64,000 nt of DNA, taken from positions 326,542 to 390,541 of the forward strand of contig CAZCNL010000001.1 of assembly GCA_964500435.1 (NCBI GenBank). The letters are read 5' to 3'. A model generated the notes under the pieces. It was given only the letters and a program-made list of their open reading frames with translations, made no database searches and was not told where the DNA came from. The translations under genes were made by a program, and so were the position numbers. The DNA comes from an uncultured Chloroherpeton sp. GTDB lineage: Bacteria; Bacteroidota; Ignavibacteria; Kapaibacteriales; UBA2268. Shown one piece after another: positions 51,295 to 61,210 of this stretch (the first letter of the stretch is position 1; each line of letters starts with the position of its first letter).

Positions 51295-53418
51295 TTAGAA
51301 ATCTCCGCTCATAGTTTTTTTCATTCTTAATTCTTTCTTTGCTAAGGTAACTGCAATTCTTAATTCGGGAAAACTGCAATTATAATTCAACCTTTCTCTT
51401 ATTTGACTTAATCGTAATAATGGCGAGTTCATTAAAATAGATTTAACTTCATTAATCAACTTTTCATTCACAAATTTTAAATCTTTAATTATCCAGCCGT
51501 TTTCAATTCCATTTTGAATAATATTTGCTAATTCAGGTTCCGCTAATTTAATTTTTTTCGATAATTCAGTCAGAGATTTAGTATTTTCAACTTCTTGATT
51601 AATTATGCTATATAATTTTTGATTAATTTCTTCTTGCTTTGTTAACTGTTGCTTGAAATTATGAATTTTGACGTTTGACAAAATCGAGGTATTAACTTTA
51701 ATTCCCCTACAAGTCGTACATTTACCACAACTTCCAAAAATTGGCTCATCTTTAAAATATTTGATAATAAAATTTTGTTTACATTGATCAGTTTTGATAT
51801 ATTCAATAACTTTGTTTGCTTTATGGATTAAAATGTTCTTTCGTTGGTCTAATTCTTGAGATAATTTATCCGTATAACCTTGTGTAATCAATGTAACGTA
51901 TGATTTTATACCATTTTTTGTTAAATTAGAATTAACTTGAATAATATTGAAATACGTCAATGTTTCTATTTCTTTTTGGATTGTTTCTAACGATAAATTT
52001 AGTTCTGTTGCTAATTCATTTAAATCTAATTCAACATTCCCCTTTTCTGTTTTATTTTTTTTATCTATAATTTCGTTAAATATTAATTTTCTATCTCCCT
52101 GAAAATTTGAAACAATAGTATTAAATTCGGGATTTTGCTTAATTATTTGCAATTCTATTATTTGGGCAGAGTCATAAAATTTTAATAAACTTTTTCTTTG
52201 TAATATTCGGATTATTGAGCTTAATTTCTTTTTTTCGATATTAAATAATATTGAAAGCTCATCTAAGGTACCTTTAATAAATTTGTCCCTTTTAATATTA
52301 ATCAATTGATTGAAACCTTCGACAAATTTTTTAAACTCATTTAAAGATGGGATTGCACCAAAAATCATTGTTGAAGGTAAATTTTCGTCATTTTTTGAAT
52401 ATAATAAATAACATTTAGATTCTTTTCCATCACGACCTGCACGACCCGCTTCTTGATAATATGCTTCTAATGAAAGTGGTAAATCGAGGTGAATGACCAA
52501 ACGAACGTCTTTTTTGTCAATTCCCATACCAAATGCATTTGTGGCTACGATAATATTAATTTCACCTTTTATAAACTTTTCTTGTGCTAATTTGCGTTCT
52601 TCTGGGAACATACCGCCATTGTATGGAAGAACTTGGAGATTATTTTTACGTAAAAAGTCAGCAATTTCATTAGTTGTTGCTCTTGTCCCAACGTAGATAA
52701 TAATACTACCGGAATTATTAGATTTAATTATTTCTAAAAGTCTTTTTCTTTTATCATCAACTATTTCTGTAAAGAAACTTAAGTTCGACCTTTCAAATCC
52801 GCTAACGAAAATATTAGGATTTTTTAATTGTAAAATATTGACAATATCTTCTCTGACTTCAGGTGTTGCAGTTGCTGTAAAAGCGGCGATTGGAACTCTT
52901 TTAATCCAATGGAAAATATCATATATTTTTCGATAATTTGGTCGGAAATCATGCCCCCATTCACTTATGCAATGTGCTTCATCTACTACAACAAGTCCAA
53001 TCTCAGCTTTTTCTAATGCTGAGATAAATGTATTACTCGTAAGCCTTTCGGGTGCTACATATAAAATTTTATATTTTCCTAAAATAAAATTTTTGAGAAT
53101 TTCCGATTGATTTTCATCGCTTAAAGAGGAATTCAAAAAGGATGCTGGAATGTTTAATTTAAGTAAAGAATCAACTTGGTCTTTCATTAATGATATTAGA
53201 GGTGAAAATACTATTGTTGTTCCTTCTAAAATTACTGAAGGTAACTGATAACATAATGACTTCCCGCCGCCAGTCGGTAAAATTGCAACAGTATCTTTGA
53301 AATTTAGAATTGATTGAATTATTTCGACTTGCTTATTTCGAAATTGCTCTAATTTAAATGTGCTTTTTAAAATAAGTAATAATGCTTCTTCATTATAAAC
53401 CTTCTTCATAAAAAGCAC
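51295..53418 (-). CDS. recQ: ATP-dependent DNA helicase RecQ
   Basis: Walker A LPTGGGKSLCYQLP; DEAH box VVDEAHCISEWGHDFRP; C-terminal Zn Cys cluster and HRDC-like region. Confidence 0.9.
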   Translation of the reverse strand: MLFMKKVYNEEALLLILKSTFKLEQFRNKQVEIIQSILNFKDTVAILPTGGGKSLCYQLPSVILEGTTIVFSPLISLMKDQVDSLLKLNIPASFLNSSLSDENQSEILKNFILGKYKILYVAPERLTSNTFISALEKAEIGLVVVDEAHCISEWGHDFRPNYRKIYDIFHWIKRVPIAAFTATATPEVREDIVNILQLKNPNIFVSGFERSNLSFFTEIVDDKRKRLLEIIKSNNSGSIIIYVGTRATTNEIADFLRKNNLQVLPYNGGMFPEERKLAQEKFIKGEINIIVATNAFGMGIDKKDVRLVIHLDLPLSLEAYYQEAGRAGRDGKESKCYLLYSKNDENLPSTMIFGAIPSLNEFKKFVEGFNQLINIKRDKFIKGTLDELSILFNIEKKKLSSIIRILQRKSLLKFYDSAQIIELQIIKQNPEFNTIVSNFQGDRKLIFNEIIDKKNKTEKGNVELDLNELATELNLSLETIQKEIETLTYFNIIQVNSNLTKNGIKSYVTLITQGYTDKLSQELDQRKNILIHKANKVIEYIKTDQCKQNFIIKYFKDEPIFGSCGKCTTCRGIKVNTSILSNVKIHNFKQQLTKQEEINQKLYSIINQEVENTKSLTELSKKIKLAEPELANIIQNGIENGWIIKDLKFVNEKLINEVKSILMNSPLLRLSQIRERLNYNCSFPELRIAVTLAKKELRMKKTMSGDF

Positions 53419-53424
53419 AAATTT

Positions 53425-54438
53425 TTATACATTTTGTAAATTTCGAATTTTTTCTAAATATTCGTCTGCTTTTTCGGGCTTTATTGAAATAAGTTTTTGA
53501 TAAACTTCTATTGCTTGTGAATATTTATTTTGCTTTTCTAAAATCATTGCATAAGTTTCAGTTGGTAAAATTTCGTCTGAAATGAGTTCTTCGGGGTAAT
53601 TTAGTTCATCGTAATCATCGCACTCGTCTTTTGGTGAATTTGATATTGTGTTGACAATGCTTTCAAAGTAAGTTTCTTTTGGTATTAAGTCGGTCTTTTG
53701 GGATAAATTGAAAGATAGTATTTTTGAGATTAGGGCATCTTTTACATCTTTATAATCTGATAAATTATATGAATCAAACCTAAAAGGTAAAAAATTAATT
53801 CCGGGAATTAAGTCCAGATCTTTTGAATTTAACAAATTTAAATCTAATGCAAAATTTGATTGAATTTTGAAAGCCTTTGAGTAGTTATTATGATTGTTTT
53901 CGGATTCGTTAATATTATCTTCAATGAACTCGTTTTGGAAATTTACATTAATTTCTTCATTGTTGGTTATTTCGGTTGTCGTTTCAATTTCATTAATTGA
54001 AGACGTGATTGATAAAAGTTCTTCATCAATTTCCTCGATTAATTCTTCTTCTAATTCATTTTCGATTTGTTCTTCAAGTTCTTCAAGTTCTTCAATTAAG
54101 ATAATTTCTTCTTTATCAATAATCTCATCCGACACTTCAATTTCAGAATTATCCATTTTTTCTTGTACTAAAATTGAACCAGTTGCTTCACGTCGATTTA
54201 AAGCAGATTTAATTGCGGCGTTATTAGGAAATTTAGCAAGTGCCTCATTTAATACTTGATTACTACTTTCAAAATCATTAATTTTTTCGTAAGCTTCTGC
54301 TAATAATATGTATCCTATTGGAAAATCAGGAAAAAACTGCAATCCTCTCTTGCATAATTCTATAGATTTAAAAGGATTGCCTGAATTTAATTCTTTCTCA
54401 GCTTGAACCACAAACAATGGTGAAATTGTCTCGTCCAT
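53425..54438 (-). CDS. TPR-repeat protein with central acidic low-complexity region
   Basis: TPR-like helices at both ends; EELEELEEQIENELEEELIEEIDEELL acidic tract. Confidence 0.5.
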   Translation of the reverse strand: MDETISPLFVVQAEKELNSGNPFKSIELCKRGLQFFPDFPIGYILLAEAYEKINDFESSNQVLNEALAKFPNNAAIKSALNRREATGSILVQEKMDNSEIEVSDEIIDKEEIILIEELEELEEQIENELEEELIEEIDEELLSITSSINEIETTTEITNNEEINVNFQNEFIEDNINESENNHNNYSKAFKIQSNFALDLNLLNSKDLDLIPGINFLPFRFDSYNLSDYKDVKDALISKILSFNLSQKTDLIPKETYFESIVNTISNSPKDECDDYDELNYPEELISDEILPTETYAMILEKQNKYSQAIEVYQKLISIKPEKADEYLEKIRNLQNV

Positions 54439-55152
54439 TTAATCTCGCCCGCCTCCGAAAAGTCGTAAAAGCATTAAAAATAAATTAATAAAATCTAAAT
54501 ATAAAGTCAAAGCACCAATTATCGAAGCTTTTGAAGCGATTGCATTTCCTTGCAGTTGAACTAAATGCATTTCTTTTAATTTTTGTGTATCATAAGCCGT
54601 TAAACCTGCAAAAACTAATACTCCAATCACACTAATCACAAAATTCAACGCACTACTCATCAAGAAAATGTTGACAACCATTGCGACAATAATGCCAATT
54701 AAGCCCACAAATAAAAAACTACTGAATGAAGTTAAATCCTTTTTTGTAATAAAACCATATAAACTTAAAGCAGCAAAAGTAATTGCGGCAACTAAAAATG
54801 TGCTTATAATTGAATTCAAATTATATATGAAAAAAATTGAAGACAAAGTAACGCCCGTAAGTGCCGAGTAAGCAAGAAATATGAAGGTTGCCACCGGTGT
54901 TGACATTTTCATCGCCCAACCAGATAATGCAATTACAGCAATTATTTGTAAAATAAATAGAATTATCAAAGTTGTCGAAGAAAGAAATGAAAGATATAAA
55001 CCACTTGTAAATAAGTAAAAAGATACAAAAGTAGTAATTAATAAACCAAGTGACATCCAAGCATAAACTTTTCGTAAAAATGCTTTTTGAGATACTATAA
55101 TTTTTTCTGAAAGCTCTGTTACAGCAGTATTATTGAAGTTTGTTGTTTTCAT
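54439..55152 (-). CDS. Bax-inhibitor-1/YccA-family membrane protein
   Basis: Seven TM helices; C-terminus ...YLDFINLFLMLLRLFGGGRD is typical of BI-1 proteins. Confidence 0.8.
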   Translation of the reverse strand: MKTTNFNNTAVTELSEKIIVSQKAFLRKVYAWMSLGLLITTFVSFYLFTSGLYLSFLSSTTLIILFILQIIAVIALSGWAMKMSTPVATFIFLAYSALTGVTLSSIFFIYNLNSIISTFLVAAITFAALSLYGFITKKDLTSFSSFLFVGLIGIIVAMVVNIFLMSSALNFVISVIGVLVFAGLTAYDTQKLKEMHLVQLQGNAIASKASIIGALTLYLDFINLFLMLLRLFGGGRD

Positions 55153-55163
55153 ATATCCTCCTA

Positions 55164-56138
55164 TTATTTATCACGCTCAATTATATATAACGAAAAATCT
55201 TTTAAAGAATTTTTAATCGGAGAATCATCGATAAATAGCAATTCATTCACTGCTTTACTGGCAAATTCATGGGCTTTTTCTTCGGCAAATTGGATTCCAT
55301 TTCTTTCTTTCACAAAATGAATAATCTCATTAATTTGCTTCTTGTCTAATTTTCCAGATTTTATTTTTTTAATTATGCTTTCAATTTCTTCTTTTTTAGC
55401 ATTTTTAAAAGCAAGCAACAAAGGAAGGGTGATTTTTTTTTCTTTTAAATCATTTCCAACTGGTTTTCCTATTATATAATTTGATTTTGTATAATCAAAA
55501 ATATCATCTTTGATTTGAAATGCCATTCCAAGATATTCACCAAAATTTCCTAATGCTTGGACAACTTCTGTGGGTTGATTTTGAGATAAAGCTCCTATTT
55601 CACAACAGGAGCGAAGCAAAACAGCTGTTTTATTTTTGGTAATTTCGTAATATAGTTCCTCGCTAAATTTTAATTTTCTCGAAGACTCCATTGAAAGTAA
55701 TTCGCCTTCACTCATTTTTTGCACTGCGTTCGATGTAACTTTAAGAAATTCAAATTCATTGTTTTCAACAGCTGTTAGTAAACCTTTTGCAAGCAAAAAA
55801 TCTCCCACTAAAATTGCAATTCGATTTTTCCAAATCGCATTTATTGAAAGAAAGCCACGTCTTTCATTAGCTTCATCAACAACATCATCGTGCAACAAAG
55901 TTGCTGTATGAAGCAATTCTATCATTGTTGCACCGACAAAACTTCGCTTATTAATTTCTCCAAATAAACTTGATACAAGAAATACTAATGCTGGACGTAA
56001 TTTCTTACCATTTCGGTGGCTAACATATTTTAACACCATATTCAACAACGGAACTGGCGATTTCAAATGTTCGTTAAAATATTTATCGAATTCGATTAAT
56101 TTATCTTGAATTGGGTCTGTAATTTTATCAATTTTCAT
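55164..56138 (-). CDS. polyprenyl diphosphate synthase (IspB-like trans-prenyltransferase)
   Basis: First and second Asp-rich motifs LLHDDVVDE and QIKDDIFD. Confidence 0.85.
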   Translation of the reverse strand: MKIDKITDPIQDKLIEFDKYFNEHLKSPVPLLNMVLKYVSHRNGKKLRPALVFLVSSLFGEINKRSFVGATMIELLHTATLLHDDVVDEANERRGFLSINAIWKNRIAILVGDFLLAKGLLTAVENNEFEFLKVTSNAVQKMSEGELLSMESSRKLKFSEELYYEITKNKTAVLLRSCCEIGALSQNQPTEVVQALGNFGEYLGMAFQIKDDIFDYTKSNYIIGKPVGNDLKEKKITLPLLLAFKNAKKEEIESIIKKIKSGKLDKKQINEIIHFVKERNGIQFAEEKAHEFASKAVNELLFIDDSPIKNSLKDFSLYIIERDK

Positions 56139-56248
56139 TAAATTTAATTTAAAATAAATACAATTTTACAAAAAAAAGAATTATTAGATATAATATTTGT
56201 TGAGAAAATGAAGAAAAATTTGAGAAATTTACTTTATTTGGTTAGTTA

Positions 56249-57271
56249 TTAATTTCTTTTTTTTGAACGAAGAGAATTAGCCTCTGCAGTAAATGTTAAA
56301 TTTTTAAAATCGGAAAGACTTAGCTCATTTATTTTTTGTTGAGCAAGAAAACCAATCATAGCAGCATTATCCATAGATAATTTAATTCCCGGAAAAGAAA
56401 CTATAAATCCTTTTTCATTACCTTTTTCAATCATTTCATTTTTCAATTGTGAATTTGCCGAAACTCCACCTGCAACAATGATAGATTTAACTTGATATTT
56501 CGATGCTGCTGCTAATGTTTTGGAAACAAGCACATCTACAATAGCAGACTGAACGGATGCGGCGATATCATTCAAATCTTCATTTTGAATTTCTTTCGGA
56601 AAATTTTTATTTATAAAATTTTTTACTGACGTTTTTAATCCACTAAAACTAAAATCAAAATCCCCGCTATTAATCATTGACCTTGGGAATTTGTATTTAT
56701 CTGGTTTTCCCTGTTTTGCTAATTTATCGATTATCGGACCACCAGGATAACCTAAACCTAAGAATTTTGCAATTTTATCAAAAGCTTCGCCTGCGGCATC
56801 ATCCCGTGTTAAACCTACAATTTCATAATCATTGAATGACGATACGTAAAATAACGCCGTATGCCCACCGCTCACGACCAAACTTATTAATGGAAATGAA
56901 ATATGTGGGTCATCTATAAATCCTGAATATAAGTGTCCTTCTATGTGATTTATTGGTACAATTGGTAAATTATATTTTATTGATAATCCCTTCGCAAAAT
57001 TTGTCCCAACTATTAATGAACCAAGTAATCCAGGTTGATTTGTTACCGCTATTGCTTCTATTTGATTAATATTTACTTTCGCTTCATTTAATGCTTCTTG
57101 GAAAATTATTCCAATTGTATTTAAATGTGCTCGTGAAGCTAATTCAGGAATTACACCACCATATTGTGAATGGAAATATTGTGATGATATAATATTACTT
57201 AATATTTTACCATTTTCCAAAACTGCTATTGATGTTTCATCGCATGATGATTCGATTGCTAAAATAAGCAT
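56249..57271 (-). CDS. tsaD: tRNA N6-adenosine threonylcarbamoyltransferase
   Basis: LILAIESSCDETSIAVL N-terminus; Kae1/TsaD His-His metal motif. Confidence 0.9.
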   Translation of the reverse strand: MLILAIESSCDETSIAVLENGKILSNIISSQYFHSQYGGVIPELASRAHLNTIGIIFQEALNEAKVNINQIEAIAVTNQPGLLGSLIVGTNFAKGLSIKYNLPIVPINHIEGHLYSGFIDDPHISFPLISLVVSGGHTALFYVSSFNDYEIVGLTRDDAAGEAFDKIAKFLGLGYPGGPIIDKLAKQGKPDKYKFPRSMINSGDFDFSFSGLKTSVKNFINKNFPKEIQNEDLNDIAASVQSAIVDVLVSKTLAAASKYQVKSIIVAGGVSANSQLKNEMIEKGNEKGFIVSFPGIKLSMDNAAMIGFLAQQKINELSLSDFKNLTFTAEANSLRSKKRN

Positions 57272-57385
57272 ATTAATCTTTTTTATTTTTTTAACGTTTA
57301 ATCATCGAATTTATTTATATAATGCACTCTTTGTTCATTTGGCATATTATTTGATAGTTCTCAAGAAAATCAAACGGATATATCG

Positions 57386-57721
57386 ATGAATGAATTAACA
57401 ACTGGTTTACAACGAAAACTTCACTTAAACTTAAATGATAAAAAATCACTATTTTTAATTAGAGTAAAAGGCGACTCGATGATTAATGCTGGTATTCATT
57501 CGGGTGATTACCTTCTTGTAGATACGAGTTTGCCAAAAGAAAATAACTCAATTGTGATTGCGGAAATAAATGGAAATTGGACTGTAAAAAGAATTTCGTT
57601 TGATAGTTACGGAATAATGCTTAAACCCGAAAACCCCGCTTATTCAAATTTAACAATTTCTGAAAATGATAATTTCAAAATTGTTGGAACTGTTATAAAA
57701 GTGATTAAATCATTCAATTAA
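57386..57721 (+). CDS. S24-family peptidase domain protein (UmuD/LexA-C-terminal-like), no HTH
   Basis: The 111-aa product has GDSM Ser nucleophile and a downstream Lys (VKRI). Confidence 0.7.
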   Translation: MNELTTGLQRKLHLNLNDKKSLFLIRVKGDSMINAGIHSGDYLLVDTSLPKENNSIVIAEINGNWTVKRISFDSYGIMLKPENPAYSNLTISENDNFKIVGTVIKVIKSFN

Positions 57722-57751
57722 TTTAATTTGAGAAGATTTCTTAATTAATAA

Positions 57752-59365
57752 TTAGTCGTAATCCAAAATTTTACCTAATAGTTGAGGTAAAATAAATAAA
57801 TGATTTGTGAACGATGAAAACATTTGCTTAGTTGTGAAAACAACACTTAGTTGTTTAGTATCAAAATTATATGGGAAATCTAATCTATACAAATTAACGG
57901 GGTTATTAGATTTCACAAAATGGAACCGGATACCTAAACCTGCTGATTTATAAAATTTTGTATTCATTAATTTCATATTTTGATTCCACACACTCCCAAC
58001 ATCAACAAAAGCAGCTAATGAAAATTTAAACATTAAAATTTCAGGATTGTCTAAAAAATATCTTAATTCAGTATTTAAGTACATCCTGTTTTCACCTTGC
58101 AATTGATTTAATTCAATACCTCTCAAACCGTTATCGTTATCTAAAATTAACTGACGCCAAGACTTCCAATTCCATACACTTTGTTGGTTAAAACGACCGG
58201 TTATTAAGAAACCATTCATAAAATTATGAAAATATGTAATAGATGATTCTTGATAAGTATAATGTGGAGCAACAACATTATCAAAACCACTTGCTCCAGC
58301 AATATGAACAAAAAGATATGATTGTTGGTTATAAAATGATTTTTCTGCTGAACCTGATATATAAAACAAATTATCTCCATCTGAATTTAATGGAAATATT
58401 TTACCGATAGTTGCACTTCCCCACCCACCATAAATTAAATCCTCATCTGGAAAACCATTTATTTTGTTGACAACATCGTAAGATTGAGATATAGAAGCAA
58501 AATTAAGCAAAAAATATACTGAATTGTCAAATGCTTGTCTGTAAAGTGGAGAATGGCGGGTTGCTTTATTATATCCTCCTAAGGCTGTCATATATAATCT
58601 ATCTTTTTCCCACCAAGCATGAGAATACCACGCTTCAAAAAGTTTATTTGAATTATTAATTAATTCAAAATCGTATGTATTATGATATAAAAAATCCTTG
58701 CCAAAAGTATTAAAAAATCTTGCTCCTATTGAATATTCAGATGAATTTGTTCTATATGGTATTTGCAAAACAAACTGTTGGCTTGTTCTTAATTGATTAG
58801 ATATTATTGAAATTGAATCTTGTAATTCTGTAAAAGGAATTCGAGGATTAAAAAAAACAAATGTTCCCTCCCAACCTATTTTACTTTCATTGCGATATAG
58901 TCCTTTTAATTTAAAATGTGTTGCTGTTCCAAGGAAATTAAATTCATCTAAATCTACCCCGTAATTCGCAAACCCACCACCAAAATTATAAATAGGAACA
59001 AACATTGAAGACCAATTATCAGTAGTATTAACAATTGCTTTATATTCATCAAAGCCTAATGAATCTAACGATATATTTACTTTTGTAAAAATTCCCAAGG
59101 AACGCAAGTTTCTTTCACTTTCATCAATTAAATCTAAATATGTTTCTTCATTATTTCTAAAAAGCAACTCTTGTTCGATCACATATTCTTTTGTTTTAAT
59201 ATGCAGTGCGTTCATTAAATTTCCCAAAAAGGAAATATTTGGCTTTTCCTCATCTGCAACATTATTTCTAATAATATCGATCTCTCTAATATAAATCTTA
59301 TCCTGTGCTAAGGTTTGAATATTAAAAATAATTATTATTAAAAAGAATGACAATAAATATTTCAT
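57752..59365 (-). CDS. Omp85-family outer-membrane protein with single POTRA and C-terminal tail
   Basis: Signal peptide; POTRA-like N-terminus; barrel motif SAGLGIRFHFVKSNNPVNLYRLDFPY, followed by about 40 extra residues. Confidence 0.5.
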   Translation of the reverse strand: MKYLLSFFLIIIIFNIQTLAQDKIYIREIDIIRNNVADEEKPNISFLGNLMNALHIKTKEYVIEQELLFRNNEETYLDLIDESERNLRSLGIFTKVNISLDSLGFDEYKAIVNTTDNWSSMFVPIYNFGGGFANYGVDLDEFNFLGTATHFKLKGLYRNESKIGWEGTFVFFNPRIPFTELQDSISIISNQLRTSQQFVLQIPYRTNSSEYSIGARFFNTFGKDFLYHNTYDFELINNSNKLFEAWYSHAWWEKDRLYMTALGGYNKATRHSPLYRQAFDNSVYFLLNFASISQSYDVVNKINGFPDEDLIYGGWGSATIGKIFPLNSDGDNLFYISGSAEKSFYNQQSYLFVHIAGASGFDNVVAPHYTYQESSITYFHNFMNGFLITGRFNQQSVWNWKSWRQLILDNDNGLRGIELNQLQGENRMYLNTELRYFLDNPEILMFKFSLAAFVDVGSVWNQNMKLMNTKFYKSAGLGIRFHFVKSNNPVNLYRLDFPYNFDTKQLSVVFTTKQMFSSFTNHLFILPQLLGKILDYD

Positions 59366-59371
59366 AATGAA

Positions 59372-59878
59372 TTATAAAATTTGATTTTGAGTGATATTAT
59401 TTTGGGAAAAGTGTTGATTAATAATTTTTTCAAGGTAAAATTTATCAATTTCATCAAATGAATTTAATTCGTCGCTATCTTTATCAAGCACTGCAATTAA
59501 ATTTTGTTTCATATCGAAAACTGGAACTACGATTTCTGATTTGCTTTTTTCATCACAAGCGATATGTTCAATATCAGAATGAACATCTTCAACAATTTGC
59601 GTTTTTTTCTCTCTCGCACAACGTCCACAAATACCACGTTCAAAAATGATAGTCAAGCAACCAAAAGTACCTTGGTATGGTCCAATGATTAACCTATTTT
59701 TATCTTTTTTTAAATTATCAACAATATAAAAACCGATCCAATAAAAATATGGGAACTTAGACTTTAAAAGTGAATTTATAGTTGACATTTTTAGAATGAT
59801 TTCAACTTCGTCTTGAAGAATACTTTCTAGTTCTAACAAAGCTTGTTCGTATAGTTTTGCCTTAATTTCTTTTTCCAT
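59372..59878 (-). CDS. GAF-domain free methionine-(R)-sulfoxide reductase (fRMsr/YebR-like)
   Basis: Collinear with E. coli fRMsr (GPYQGTFGCLTI..GICGRCA...IVEDVH...HIACD..SKSEIVVP). Confidence 0.8.
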   Translation of the reverse strand: MEKEIKAKLYEQALLELESILQDEVEIILKMSTINSLLKSKFPYFYWIGFYIVDNLKKDKNRLIIGPYQGTFGCLTIIFERGICGRCAREKKTQIVEDVHSDIEHIACDEKSKSEIVVPVFDMKQNLIAVLDKDSDELNSFDEIDKFYLEKIINQHFSQNNITQNQIL

Positions 59879-59967
59879 ATTTAAATTATTTTGTTAAATT
59901 CAAATTTAATAAATAACTCAGACATAAAGAATATTTTAAAATAACTTACTTTCGATAACAACATAAA

Positions 59968-60000
59968 CAAAAAACTCCCGAATTTGTTAGTTCGGGAGCA
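59968..60000 (-). terminator. intrinsic terminator after the AsnA-like gene
   Basis: Stem ctcccgaa/ttcgggag; a T-run follows on the minus strand. Confidence 0.45.
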
Positions 60001-60027
60001 AAAAAGACAAAAAAAAATGAATCTTTG

Positions 60028-60933
60028 TTATGATTCATTTTTTAATTTCATTAATGCTTTCACAAGTCTGGTCATTCCAATTCCCCCACCAAACCTCTCT
60101 ATTTGCGGGAGCGAGAGAAAGGCTTCTAATTCATCTTCAACCCTTTCTTTTCCAAAATTTGAAAAAAGTAATTTTGAATATTCACCGTTAGAAATTGAGT
60201 AAAAGCGATTTCTCATAATTTCTACATTTGTTTCACGTTCAGCTGTTCCAAAAGTTTCAACACCATAGACGATTACATCAAGTTTATTCGCTGTTTCACC
60301 ATTTCGTTTCATATTAAAAAATGGCGAAGTATATTCTGGAAAATTTTTTAAAAAGAATACTGGTGAATATTTTGTCTCAATAGCATTTTCTTCTTTTACA
60401 GATAATTCCTTGACACCAAAGTCCGCAGCAACATCCAAATAATTTCCACCTTTGAAATTCCCATTTTCGAGGTATTTACCAAAACCCAAAGTGATGAGCA
60501 ATTCTTTCATCAATTGATTCAAGTCTTCAAAATTCCCCTTTGATTCAAATTCAAACATTGGAAAAATCAAATCATGTCGACCTGGAATAGGGTTCGCTTC
60601 TTGTCGATAACTTGTGGTTTGACAAAAAACACCTTGAACATCAGGATTTTTAAGTAATATTTCTTCGAGATTCATTTGATTTGTTTGTGGTAATGGCCAC
60701 ACATTCCCCGTATAATGAAAAGACCCGATTGTAGTCGGGTCTTCACAAGCAGCTAAAATGGATAAATGACTTTGTGCGTGTATTTCTACAAAGCCTTTTT
60801 TCCTGAAGAACTCCGACATTGTTTGAATAGCGTAGCTGAACATTTTTTGGAAACTCAAATCTGTTATGTTTAATGTGTTATACACAACTTCCTCCTTTAT
60901 AATTTTATGTTTGGAAAAATATAAATTCGGCAA
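60028..60933 (-). CDS. AsnA-like class-II aaRS-fold protein (aspartate-ammonia ligase family)
   Basis: PQIERFGGGIGMTRL ~ AsnA QTIGGGIGQSRL; HDLIFPMFEFE ~ DQWDWE block. Its length of 301 aa is shorter than E. coli AsnA. Confidence 0.5.
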   Translation of the reverse strand: MPNLYFSKHKIIKEEVVYNTLNITDLSFQKMFSYAIQTMSEFFRKKGFVEIHAQSHLSILAACEDPTTIGSFHYTGNVWPLPQTNQMNLEEILLKNPDVQGVFCQTTSYRQEANPIPGRHDLIFPMFEFESKGNFEDLNQLMKELLITLGFGKYLENGNFKGGNYLDVAADFGVKELSVKEENAIETKYSPVFFLKNFPEYTSPFFNMKRNGETANKLDVIVYGVETFGTAERETNVEIMRNRFYSISNGEYSKLLFSNFGKERVEDELEAFLSLPQIERFGGGIGMTRLVKALMKLKNES

Positions 60934-61032
60934 AATTAGGAATAATATTTTTTTTAATTACTGTTTTTTTTTAATTGTGGAAAACTTTTTTTTGAGAAAA
61001 ATTACTTGACAAATTAAAATAATAATTATTAA

Positions 61033-61068
61033 TAAATAAAAAAAGCCCAGAAATATAGATTTCTGGGC
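61033..61068 (-). terminator. intrinsic terminator after tRNA-Leu
   Basis: Perfect 11-bp stem agcccagaaat/atttctgggct; a T8 run follows on the minus strand. Confidence 0.55.
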
Positions 61069-61071
61069 TAT

Positions 61072-61157
61072 GTGCTCGGAGCGAGACTCGAACTCGCACG
61101 AGAATTACTTCTCACAGGATTTTAAGTCCTGTGCGTCTACCAATTCCGCCATCCGAG
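61072..61157 (-). tRNA. tRNA-Leu (anticodon TAA), long variable arm
   Basis: Reverse complement GCTCGGATGGCGGAATTGGTAGACGC-ACAGGA-CTTAAAA-TCCTGT-GAGAAGTAATTCTCG-TGCGAGTTCGAGTCTCGC-TCCGAGCA folds as a type-II tRNA. Confidence 0.85.
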
Positions 61158-61210
61158 CAAAAGAACGAAGTTCAAAATTAACACTTTTTTTTGAATTAAA
61201 CAAATTTTTT

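Noticed and set aside
53894-54259. 121-aa Ser-rich plus-strand ORF
   Set aside because: Reverse-complement reading of the acidic GAA-repeat tract of the TPR gene; an artefact.
54668-55060. Small ORFs within the BI-1 gene
   Set aside because: Overlap a seven-TM CDS with strong family signature.
61072-61157. tRNA-Leu as an integration site for a genomic island
   Set aside because: No integrase, direct repeat of the tRNA 3' end, or compositional shift is visible in the flanking 3 kb. It is mentioned only as a weak possibility under the AsnA-like finding.
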